Part shown: piece by piece, positions 1 to 6,938 of the stretch
Numbering within the stretch: the stretch's first letter is position 1
Layout of the letters: each line of letters starts with the position of its first letter
Origin: Pirellulales bacterium
GTDB lineage: Bacteria > Planctomycetota > Planctomycetia > Pirellulales > JAICIG01
Assembly: GCA_040901675.1 (NCBI GenBank)
Contig: JBBDYJ010000010.1
Location: 156,976 to 170,498, forward strand
Direction of reading: 5' to 3'
DNA: 13,523 nt
Made by a program: the position numbers and the translations under genes
Notes under the pieces: generated by a model
What the model was told of the DNA's origin: nothing
Databases searched by the model: none
The model's input: only the letters and a program-made list of their open reading frames with translations

Positions 1-72
1 TATGGACGGTCGAGAGCTATGGACGGTCGAGAGCTATGGACGGTCGAGAGCTATGGACGGTCGAGAGCTATG
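1..72. repeat. Perfect 17-bp tandem repeat (TATGGACGGTCGAGAGC)x4 plus partial TATG; may continue beyond the window start
   Basis: Units at 1-17, 18-34, 35-51 and 52-68 are identical with no spacers. The junction of the last unit supplies the TAG stop (68-70, minus strand) of the BFD-like gene. Confidence 0.97.
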
Positions 73-349
73 AACTGTCAGAACTGTCCTCGAGATCCAG
101 TGCGGCACGGTACTCTGCCCGCTGGCGCGCCCACTGATCGGGCGTGACGTCCTGTTGCGAGGCTTGCGAGCCGCCGACCGATTCCTGGAACAGGCGCTCC
201 AGGTAGCGGCGGCACCAGCCGCAGCCCGTGCCGGCCCCAAAGCACTCGCTCAGCTCGCCGGCCCGGCGCGGACGCTCGACGCGCAAAAAGTTGACGATCT
301 TCCGCTTCGAAACGTGAAAGCACAAGCAAATCTCGTCGTCCAGCTCCAT
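68..349 (-). CDS. BFD-like (2Fe-2S)-binding protein, 93 aa
   Basis: MELDDEICLCFHVSKRKI...GAGTGCGWC carries the CxC...GxxCGxC pattern of BFD-like [2Fe-2S] domains. ATG at 349 lies 14 bp after the stop of the upstream peptidase. The longer 598 start in the ORF track overlaps the peptidase and is unlikely. Confidence 0.85.
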   Translation of the reverse strand: MELDDEICLCFHVSKRKIVNFLRVERPRRAGELSECFGAGTGCGWCRRYLERLFQESVGGSQASQQDVTPDQWARQRAEYRAALDLEDSSDSS

Positions 350-363
350 AACCCAATCATACG

Positions 364-1617
364 CTATCCAGCCGCTTCCGTCCCCGTGGCCAGCTTCAGG
401 CCGATGCGGCAAGCCTTGGAAAAGGCGGGTACGTCGAGCCGCTCCGAGGTGGTATGTACGTTCTGCTGTCCGCAACCCAACGTCACCGTCGGTATGCCCC
501 GCGCCGTCAGCCAGTTGGCGTCCAGGCCGCCGTTGGAGATGGCACGCTCCGGCTCGGCCCCCACCGCCCGCACCGCCGCCTCGGCCGCCAGCACGCACGG
601 CTCCTGGCCGTCCAGCCGGAACGCTTCGTAGTCCAGACGGCTGACGAGCTGCGTCTTGCCCGCCACCCCCGATGCGTTGCGCACCGATCCGGCTGCCTGC
701 TCGAAAGCTTGCTCCATGGCCGCCACGATTTCGCGGCGGAACTCCGGATCATGGCTGCGGGCTTCGGCCTTGAGAACCACCCGGTCGGTGACCACGTTGG
801 TCGCCGAGCCGCCCTGGATCACGCCGATGTTGCTGGTGCCGTGCCGGTCCTGTTTTCGGACGTCGCCCAGCCAGCCGTTCTGCTGCAGGCCGGCGATAGC
901 CAGCCCCGCAATGGCGATGGCGCTCACGCCATGTTCCGGCGCGCCGCCCGCGTGGCTCGCGAGCCCCTGGACTTCGATCGTAATCCGGTAGGCCCCGGTC
1001 GCGCCGATCGTCAGTTTTTCCGCGGCGCCGCCGTCCCAATTGAAGGCCAGCCGCGGCTTCTTGAGCCAGGCCAGCTTGCCGTAATGAGCGCCGAACAGCC
1101 CCACCTCTTCCTGCACGGGCCAGAAGAATACCAGCGGAGGATGCGGCAGGCCGCGGCGCAAAACCTCCAGCGCCCCGGTGAGCACCACCGCGCAGCCCGC
1201 GCGGTCGTCGGCCCCCAGTCCCGTTTGCTTGTCGGCCGACTCGACCCGCTCGCCTCGCAGCACCGGCTTGGCCCCCACGCACAGGCTTACCGTGTCCATG
1301 TGGGCCATCAGCAACCGCCGCGGACCGCGGCGAGTGCCCGGCAGGGTGCAGACCAGGTTTCCGATTTCGCCCCCCAGCGGCGTGTGGCGATGCACGTCGT
1401 CGCTGCGGATGGCCGAGGCAGGGGCACCCGCCTTGCGCAATTGCTTGGCGATGAACCGCGCCACTTTGCCTTCCTGCCCGCTGGGGCCAGGAATGGCCAT
1501 CAGCTCCAGCGCCAAATCGAGCGCTCGGTCCAGGTCAGGCTCGATTTCCGCCGCCTCGGTGCTGACAGGCCGTCCGCGCCGACGCCCGGCCGGCCTTGTT
1601 TTCAAGCGGGTGCTCAT
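364..1617 (-). CDS. M20/M25/M40 family metallopeptidase (peptidase T-like)
   Basis: Metal-binding and catalytic motifs AHMDTV, LGADDRAG, QEEVGL, a C-terminal NVHT, and the dimerisation-region motif SHAGGAPEHGVSAI...GGSATNVV. Confidence 0.93.
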   Translation of the reverse strand: MSTRLKTRPAGRRRGRPVSTEAAEIEPDLDRALDLALELMAIPGPSGQEGKVARFIAKQLRKAGAPASAIRSDDVHRHTPLGGEIGNLVCTLPGTRRGPRRLLMAHMDTVSLCVGAKPVLRGERVESADKQTGLGADDRAGCAVVLTGALEVLRRGLPHPPLVFFWPVQEEVGLFGAHYGKLAWLKKPRLAFNWDGGAAEKLTIGATGAYRITIEVQGLASHAGGAPEHGVSAIAIAGLAIAGLQQNGWLGDVRKQDRHGTSNIGVIQGGSATNVVTDRVVLKAEARSHDPEFRREIVAAMEQAFEQAAGSVRNASGVAGKTQLVSRLDYEAFRLDGQEPCVLAAEAAVRAVGAEPERAISNGGLDANWLTARGIPTVTLGCGQQNVHTTSERLDVPAFSKACRIGLKLATGTEAAG

Positions 1618-1681
1618 CGTCGCCTCGCTGCTGTTCCTTGGGCGCGGCCGCCCGGCCGGCCCACTCGATTCGCCGGCGTTC

Positions 1682-2353
1682 TCACTCTGCGGTGAGCTTG
1701 CGGGCCTTGCCCTTGATCCGTGCCAGCGCTCGCGAGGCCTGGTCCTTTACGTCGCGGTCCTTGTCGCTGTTGATGACTCGGATCAGCGCCTTGTCGGCCG
1801 CGCGGGCATCCGGACCGATCCGGGCCAAGGCCCCGGCCGCGGACCAGCGAACCACCCAGTCCGGGTGCGCCAGCGCTTCTGCCAGCGAGGGCACGACCAC
1901 TTCGGTGGCGGCCCCGACCGCCCCCAAAGCCTCGGCAGCCATGGAAGCCACGTCGGCGTCGTCGTCCTCAAGCACGGCCACCAAGGCCGGTATCGCTTGC
2001 TTGGCTCTGGGACCCACGTCGCGCAGCCGCCTGGCGGCGCGCCAGCGGCCATGGTGGTCGCTGCCGTACAGCTCATGGATGCAATCGTCTACCGACGGGC
2101 TTTTGGCCGGCGCCGGATCGGGCGCGTCGTCTTCCTCGTCCTCGGTTTCCGCGCTGAACGGATCATCGCCGGCACCGAACGGGTCATCGGTTCCGGCGCC
2201 GGCATCGTCCGCCGATTCGTCTTCCTGGTCCGTGCCGGGTTTGCTCTCCTGTGCGGGCGATAGGCCGGCATGGCCGAGACTGATGGCGATGACTGCAATC
2301 GCCGCAACCAAAAAGGCAGGCCAGTGCGGTTGGGAACCAAAGATACGGCGCAT
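1682..2353 (-). CDS. Secreted or membrane-anchored HEAT-repeat (PBS-lyase-like) protein with acidic DDPF linker
   Basis: N-terminal hydrophobic segment (AFLVAAIAVIAISLG), acidic linker with DDPFG/DDPFS, then HEAT repeats (RWRAARRL..GP.AK.AIPALVAVL; VRWSAAGALARIGP). Confidence 0.85.
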   Translation of the reverse strand: MRRIFGSQPHWPAFLVAAIAVIAISLGHAGLSPAQESKPGTDQEDESADDAGAGTDDPFGAGDDPFSAETEDEEDDAPDPAPAKSPSVDDCIHELYGSDHHGRWRAARRLRDVGPRAKQAIPALVAVLEDDDADVASMAAEALGAVGAATEVVVPSLAEALAHPDWVVRWSAAGALARIGPDARAADKALIRVINSDKDRDVKDQASRALARIKGKARKLTAE

Positions 2354-2510
2354 GGCACTTCCTTTCCCTTGTCGATTGGGACGCCCCCACGGTTGTCTCT
2401 CTCCCGGACTAGCTTACACGGGGTCGAGCGTCGAGCAATGCATATCGAGCAGGTTCGCAGGCTTTCGGAGGTCAAAGCAGGCCATTTGGGGCATTTTTGC
2501 TGGCGCGCTC

Positions 2511-2540
2511 TTGCAATTGCCGGCTCGTCCATGTTAGCTT
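2511..2540 (+). promoter_or_regulatory. Candidate sigma70-type promoter for the 2654 gene
   Basis: TTGCAA (2511-2516), 18-nt spacer, TAGCTT (2535-2540) preceded by an extended -10 TG (2532-2533). Identified by motif resemblance only. Confidence 0.35.
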
Positions 2541-2653
2541 CCCCAATGGTGGGGGCACCGGCTGCACCGCTCGGCATGGACAGTCGCCGACAAATCATGC
2601 ACTGCAGTTAGCGTCCAATGTGCGTACACCATCGTAAATGGGGAGGCAGTAGT

Positions 2654-3622
2654 ATGGCACGATTCAGATGGACGGGGGCAGCGGCATGCGCCGCGGCCCT
2701 GTTGTTTTCCAGCGCGCGCTCGATCGAGGCGGGCTGAGGCGTCAGCTCTTGCCCACCCAGTTCGGGTGGCGGCGGCGGCGGTGGTGGCTCCGCCCGGGGT
2801 GGTGGCGGCGGTGGTGGTGGTGGCGTCTTCGGGGGCGGACTGCTGCTTGGTCCCAGTTTCGGTTACAATCCCGCGGCTGCCGCGCAGGCGACCCGCGCGA
2901 AACAGGCGGCGATGCGCGAGCGCCGGATCATGAGCAATGCCAAGACGGCGGCTGCCCGATTTGCCTCGGCCGAGAAGGCCCGCGAGGAAGGCGACATCCG
3001 GCTGGCTTCCATGCTTTACTTGAAGGTTGCCCTTACCAGGCCGGCCAACCCCAAGACCGCCGCGGCCAAGGCGGCCTTGAAAGAGTTGGAAACCCAGGGC
3101 AATGCCCGTGTGGCCGAGGTGAAGGCCCTTCTCGATAACGACGACGTGCTCCAGGCTTACGAGCAGTTCACGCTCCTGTACGAGGAGTATGAATACGTGC
3201 CGGGCACCGGACCCGAGATCAAGCTGAGCCTCAACCGCATCCGCGGCCAGCGGCAGTACGCCTCGGTGCTGAACGAAGCCGAAGCAGCCAAGCTGTGGGA
3301 GGTCGGCCGCGAGTTGGAAGCCGACGACCAGATGTGCTGTGCCTTCTTGATCTACGAGCAGGCCCGCAAGCTTCAGCCGGCTACTTCCGCCCGCAGGGCT
3401 GACGAACGGCTCAAGACCATGCGGGCAGATTCAGCGCTGTTGGCCTCGGCCCAACAGTGCCGGGCGCTGCGGGAGTGCCACAAGATCTTCAACACGGCGG
3501 AATTGCTGGCCAAGACCGATCCGATCAAGGCCCGCGACATGTTCAAGGAAATTCTGGCCAAGGCCGATTCCGAGAGCGAGGTCCACGTGGCTGCCCGCGA
3601 GCAGTTGGCAAAGTTGAACTAA
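2654..3622 (+). CDS. Putative exported selenoprotein: signal peptide, Sec at codon 28, poly-Gly linker, helical TPR-like body; 322 aa with UGA read as Sec
   Basis: SD GGGAGG (2641-2646) precedes ATG 2654. The frame reads MARFRWTGAAACAAALLFSSARSIEAG-[TGA 2735-2737]-GVSSCPPSS-G8-SAR-G9-VFGGGLLLG... and continues in frame into the 2912..3622 ORF (2912-2654 = 258 nt). A SECIS-like hairpin follows the TGA. Coding status of 2912-3622 is strong; Sec recoding is an inference. Confidence 0.72.
2738..2780 (+). promoter_or_regulatory. Candidate bacterial SECIS element
   Basis: Stem CCACCC (2753-2758) pairs with GGGTGG (2764-2769), closing the 5-nt loop AGUUC (G in position 2, followed by U). The loop starts 21 nt after the UGA. 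The stem can extend through G-C/G-U pairs between 2740-2752 and 2769-2780. Confidence 0.65.
2765..2824 (+). repeat. GGY trinucleotide low-complexity tract encoding Gly8-Ser-Ala-Arg-Gly9
   Basis: GGT/GGC codon runs in frame with ATG 2654. Confidence 0.9.
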
Positions 3623-3634
3623 CCAGCTAGGTCC

Positions 3635-4102
3635 GTGCGATTCTTCCTGGCCGGCATCATGCAGGGCTCGCACCTGGGCGCGGTGGTGCACAACCAGGAT
3701 TACCGCGCACGCATCAAGCGGTTGCTGGCCGAGCACTTTCCCCAGGCGGAGATCTACGATCCGCTGGCCGACCACGTCAACTCGCTCGACTACGATGAAC
3801 CGTCAGGCCGCCGGGTGTTCTTCCACCACAACCGGCTGTGTGCCGAGGTCGACGTGGTGCTGGCCTTCGTGCCGGAGGCCTCGATGGGCACCGCCATCGA
3901 GATGTGGCAGGCCTACCAGAGCCGCCGGGCGGTGATCTCGATCAGCCCGCTGAAGCACAATTGGGCGGTCAAGTTCCTGAGCCACCACCGCTATGGCGAC
4001 CTCGCCGAGTTCGAGGCCGAGCTGGCATCGGGCCGCTTCGCCGAGCGGCTGCGCGAGATCCAGGGCGATCGGGCGGGCGCTCAAGGCTGCCCGCCCGATT
4101 GA
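3635..4102 (+). CDS. Nucleoside 2-deoxyribosyltransferase / nucleotide N-glycosidase fold protein (NDT, Rcl/DNPH1-like)
   Basis: N-terminal strand RFFLAG, then IYDP and DVVLAF...EASMGTAIEM (SxGTxxE motif with the nucleophile Glu). GTG start lies 12 bp after the upstream stop, suggesting co-transcription. Confidence 0.75.
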   Translation: MRFFLAGIMQGSHLGAVVHNQDYRARIKRLLAEHFPQAEIYDPLADHVNSLDYDEPSGRRVFFHHNRLCAEVDVVLAFVPEASMGTAIEMWQAYQSRRAVISISPLKHNWAVKFLSHHRYGDLAEFEAELASGRFAERLREIQGDRAGAQGCPPD

Positions 4103-4130
4103 TTAAGCGTTTTGAGCGGCGGCCGGACCG

Positions 4131-4778
4131 CTACTGGATGGAGCGAAGGCTGTCTTCGATCTGCTCCTCGGTGTACTGGTCGGCTCGCACCTGCAGGAGC
4201 AGCGTGCCTCGGCCAGCTTGCGTCTTGAAGGAGCCGCTGGCCTGGATGTATTCGACCCCCGCGGAATCCTTCCCCTTGCGAATCTCAAAGGTCGCCGGCT
4301 CACCCGCCACTTGCAAGTCGATCGTGCGAGACTCGACATCGGTAAGTTGCATTTGCGATGCGCCTTGCTGTTGGGCCTGGGCCTCAAGCTGCGCCCGCAT
4401 TTGGGCCTCGGCTGCCGCATCGCCACCGGACATCTCCATCAGCATGGCGTGACCAGTGCCGTCGTCTGTCTGATACATCACCATGATCATTCGGGCCCCG
4501 ACGAAAGGGATCTTCATTGAAACGGATGATTGCGGCTTCAGTCCGTCGGGCAAGTCAATCTGGACGATTCCTTTGGCCTGTGCCGTAACCTCGGCCGGGT
4601 CATTCTTGATGTCCATCATGTTGCGGGCATATACGAAAAAGGCTACGCCGCCGCCGCAGCACAAGAGCAGCACCAGCCCGCAGCCGATCCCAAGCCCCCA
4701 GAGCAGACCGGAGCCCCCCTGCTTCCGTGGAGGGTACGCCTGGCTGGGGAAATTGGGGTCCATTGGGTCCATTGCCAT
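4131..4778 (-). CDS. Hypothetical single-pass membrane protein with planctomycete-type GxGCG...LLCCGGG anchor
   Basis: Pro-rich N-terminus, LLWGLGIGCGLVLLLCCGGGVAFFVY transmembrane segment, soluble C-terminal domain. SD-like GAGGGA upstream. Confidence 0.85.
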   Translation of the reverse strand: MAMDPMDPNFPSQAYPPRKQGGSGLLWGLGIGCGLVLLLCCGGGVAFFVYARNMMDIKNDPAEVTAQAKGIVQIDLPDGLKPQSSVSMKIPFVGARMIMVMYQTDDGTGHAMLMEMSGGDAAAEAQMRAQLEAQAQQQGASQMQLTDVESRTIDLQVAGEPATFEIRKGKDSAGVEYIQASGSFKTQAGRGTLLLQVRADQYTEEQIEDSLRSIQ

Positions 4779-4823
4779 GACGGATCATCCCTCGAAGTCG
4801 GTTCGCGTAAACGGTTGCCCATG

Positions 4824-4849
4824 CCCTCTCCCCCACCTTTGGGAGCGGG
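4824..4849. repeat. Degenerate REP-like hairpin CCCTCTCCC-N8-GGGAGCGGG
   Basis: 9-bp inverted repeat with one mismatch (4824-4832 and 4841-4849) in the leader of the minus-strand gene. It resembles the CCCTCTCCC...GGGAGAGGG extragenic palindromes seen in GC-rich bacteria. Confidence 0.45.
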
Positions 4850-4853
4850 CCGC

Positions 4854-4882
4854 ATTCTCCGCGCGAGAATGCCCGCTGTCAA
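4854..4882 (-). promoter_or_regulatory. Candidate sigma70 promoter for the 4778 membrane-protein gene, overlapped by an inverted repeat
   Basis: Minus strand reads TTGACA (4882-4877), 17-nt spacer, GAGAAT (4859-4854). The palindrome GCATTCTC-N5-GAGAATGC (4852-4872) overlaps it. Confidence 0.55.
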
Positions 4883-4990
4883 TAACCTTACCCGCGGCCC
4901 CTGCCGCTCGCGCCCCTGGCGACCCCTTGCCCGCTGGGGCACAATAGGAATAGTTCGCTTGACTGTTCGCTTTCTTTAAAAAGCTCCGAC

Positions 4991-6055
4991 TTGAGACGAC
5001 CGCACGTGCCGGATCTCCTCGAACTTGGCCAAGAGCAATTTCGCGGCTGGCTCGGCGAGCGCCAGGTGCCCGCCTATCGCGCCGACCAGGTCCGGCACTG
5101 GCTGTTCCAGAAGGGTGCCGCGGATTTCGACGAGATGACCGACCTCGCCAGGCCGCTGCGGGCGCTGTTGGCCCAAAACTTTCGAATCTGGACGACGAGC
5201 GTCGCCAGCCACAGTAAGGCCGCCGACGGTACCGAGAAGCTTCTGTTGGAGCTCTCCGATGGCCAAACCATCGAGTGCGTGTTGATCCGGGAAGGCAAGC
5301 GGCGGACGATCTGCATCAGCACCCAGGTGGGTTGCGCGATGGGCTGCGTGTTTTGCGCCAGCGGGCTGGAGGGAGTGGTGCGCAACCTGACGACGGGCGA
5401 GATCGTCGAGCAGATGCTCAGGCTCGATCGGCTGCTCGGTGCCCGGGAGCGGCTCAGTCACGTCGTTGTAATGGGCATGGGCGAGCCCCTGGCTAATCTG
5501 GACCGGTTGTTGCCCGCCCTGGAAGTCGCCGCCAGCCCGGCTGGGCTGGGAATCAGCGCGCGGCGGATTACGATTTCCACCGTCGGACTGCCGGCCGCTC
5601 TGGACCAATTGGCGGCCGCGGACTGCCGCTACCACCTGGCCGTTTCGCTGCACGCCCCCAACGACGAGCTGCGAAACCGCCTGGTGCCGGTGAACCGCAA
5701 GATCGGCATCGACGCGATTCTGGCGGCGGCCGACCGCTATTTCGCCCGCACGGGCCGGCGGCTGACGTTTGAATACGTGCTGCTGAGCGGGCTGAACGAT
5801 CAGCCGGGGCACGCCCGCGAGCTGGCGGCGCGGTTGCGGACGCGGACCGCGATGTTGAACGTGATTCCATATAACCCGGTCGCGGGCCTCCCCTACGAGA
5901 CCCCGTCGGACGAAGCACTGGCAACGTTTTTGGACATTTTGCGGGAGGAAGGAATCAGCGTCCAAGTGCGGCAGCGCAAGGGTGACCGGATCGACGCCGC
6001 CTGCGGGCAGCTCCGCCGCAGCCGGCTGGCGTCGGCCGCCGGCACCGCCGGCTGA
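4991..6055 (+). CDS. rlmN: 23S rRNA m2A2503 / tRNA m2A37 radical SAM methyltransferase RlmN
   Basis: DGTEKLL..L.DG..IECVLI, TICISTQVGCAMGCVFCASG (CxxxCxxC), RNLTTGEIVEQ, MGMGEPLAN, LAVSLHAPNDELR, FEYVLL, IDAACGQL. Start is TTG 4991 or GTG 5006. Confidence 0.96.
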   Translation: MRRPHVPDLLELGQEQFRGWLGERQVPAYRADQVRHWLFQKGAADFDEMTDLARPLRALLAQNFRIWTTSVASHSKAADGTEKLLLELSDGQTIECVLIREGKRRTICISTQVGCAMGCVFCASGLEGVVRNLTTGEIVEQMLRLDRLLGARERLSHVVVMGMGEPLANLDRLLPALEVAASPAGLGISARRITISTVGLPAALDQLAAADCRYHLAVSLHAPNDELRNRLVPVNRKIGIDAILAAADRYFARTGRRLTFEYVLLSGLNDQPGHARELAARLRTRTAMLNVIPYNPVAGLPYETPSDEALATFLDILREEGISVQVRQRKGDRIDAACGQLRRSRLASAAGTAG

Positions 6056-6232
6056 CTTGCAGTCCGAAAGCGCGGTCGCTGGCCCGCTTTTGGCCGGACT
6101 GCGGGCCGGGGCAAAACCCGTGCGGCTCTCCGGGGTTTCATGGCATGGGCCGGACTCTGGTCTCCGCAATTCGTTTATCCTAGACTCATTGGCTACGGAG
6201 CAACGAGGTCTTGGTGGTGAATGGGGACGGGG

Positions 6233-6874
6233 TTGGCTGTTAGTGAATCATCGGCCCGAGCGTATGCGCTGCGCGACCCCGACGTGCGGTTGATGCTGGA
6301 AGTGCGCGATGGCAGTGCGCCTGCCTTCGAGGAACTGATGCTGCGTTACCAGACCCGGCTGGTGACCGTCCTGGAGCACCTGGTGGGCCGCAGGGGCCAG
6401 GCCGAGGATCTGGCCCAGGAGGTTTTTCTGCGGGTCTACCGGGCGCGGCAGCGCTATGTCCCTGGTTCGAAGTTTTCCACCTGGCTGTTTACGATTGCCA
6501 ACAACGTGGCCTCCAATGCCCTGCGTTCCCGCTCTCGGCGGCGGGAAGTCAACCTGGACGCCAGCGAGAGCGGCCCGCTGGGGGCGAACCCCTTGGACCA
6601 CCTGGCTCAAGCCGCCAGCGGCCAAATGCCGACTCGACAAGTGGATATGACCGAATTGCGAGAAGAGGTTCGCCGCGCCATCGACACCTTGAACGAACGG
6701 CAACGTATGGCCGTGCTGTTGAGCAAGTTCGAGGGGATGAGCTACGCGGATATCGCCGAGACGATGGAGACGTCGCCGCAGGCCATTAAATCGCTGTTGT
6801 CGCGGGCTCGGGAGAGCCTGCGCGAAGTGCTGGAGCCGTACCTGGATCGCGGAGACCGCCCGCAGGCAACCTGA
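6233..6874 (+). CDS. ECF-family RNA polymerase sigma-70 factor
   Basis: Region 2 AEDLAQEVFLRVYR...FSTWLFTIANN and region 4 LNERQRMAVLL..FEGMSYADIAE.M......IKSLLSRARESL. Start is either TTG 6233 (G-rich SD) or in-frame ATG 6221. Confidence 0.95.
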   Translation: MAVSESSARAYALRDPDVRLMLEVRDGSAPAFEELMLRYQTRLVTVLEHLVGRRGQAEDLAQEVFLRVYRARQRYVPGSKFSTWLFTIANNVASNALRSRSRRREVNLDASESGPLGANPLDHLAQAASGQMPTRQVDMTELREEVRRAIDTLNERQRMAVLLSKFEGMSYADIAETMETSPQAIKSLLSRARESLREVLEPYLDRGDRPQAT

Positions 6875-6938
6875 AACGGTGACAACCCGAACAGTGGTAC
6901 CCTGAAACAGTGCTACCCTGAAACAGTGGCAACCTGAA
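6866..6938. repeat. Imperfect 16-bp tandem repeat filling the sigma/anti-sigma spacer
   Basis: GCAACCTGAAACGGTG (6866-6881), ACAACCCGAACAGTG (6882-6896), GTACCCTGAAACAGTG (6897-6912), CTACCCTGAAACAGTG (6913-6928), GCAACCTGAA (6929-6938). Confidence 0.9.

Noticed and set aside
1..72. Possible CRISPR array
   Set aside because: Units are 17 bp and directly adjacent with no unique spacers, and there are no cas genes in the window.
454..2537. Long plus-strand ORFs 454..1695, 1178..2263 and 1596..2537
   Set aside because: They are antisense shadows of the peptidase and HEAT genes, expected in high-GC DNA, and carry no recognisable motifs.
2735..2737. Genome-wide UGA reassignment (genetic code 4 or 25) as the cause of the in-frame TGA
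   Set aside because: TGA serves as the normal stop for several clear genes here (rlmN, ECF sigma, anti-sigma, antitoxin, toxin), and Trp is encoded by TGG.
2668..3138. 156-aa Trp/Arg-rich ORF (WRRRRWW...)
   Set aside because: It is an off-frame reading of the GGT/GGC poly-Gly tract of the 2654 gene.
4991..6055. Cfr-type antibiotic resistance methyltransferase
   Set aside because: The motif MGMGEPL and the housekeeping context fit RlmN; Cfr typically has MGMGEAL.
6056..6220. Autoregulatory ECF promoter or terminator between rlmN and the sigma gene
   Set aside because: Only short weak inverted repeats (e.g. AAACCC/GGGTTT) are present, with no U-tract and no motif I can assign with support.
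6866..6938. Possible mini-CRISPR, or Sec readthrough fusing the sigma and anti-sigma
   Set aside because: There are no spacers. A fusion would need readthrough of two TGAs (6872 and 6935), and I see no SECIS-like hairpin after either.
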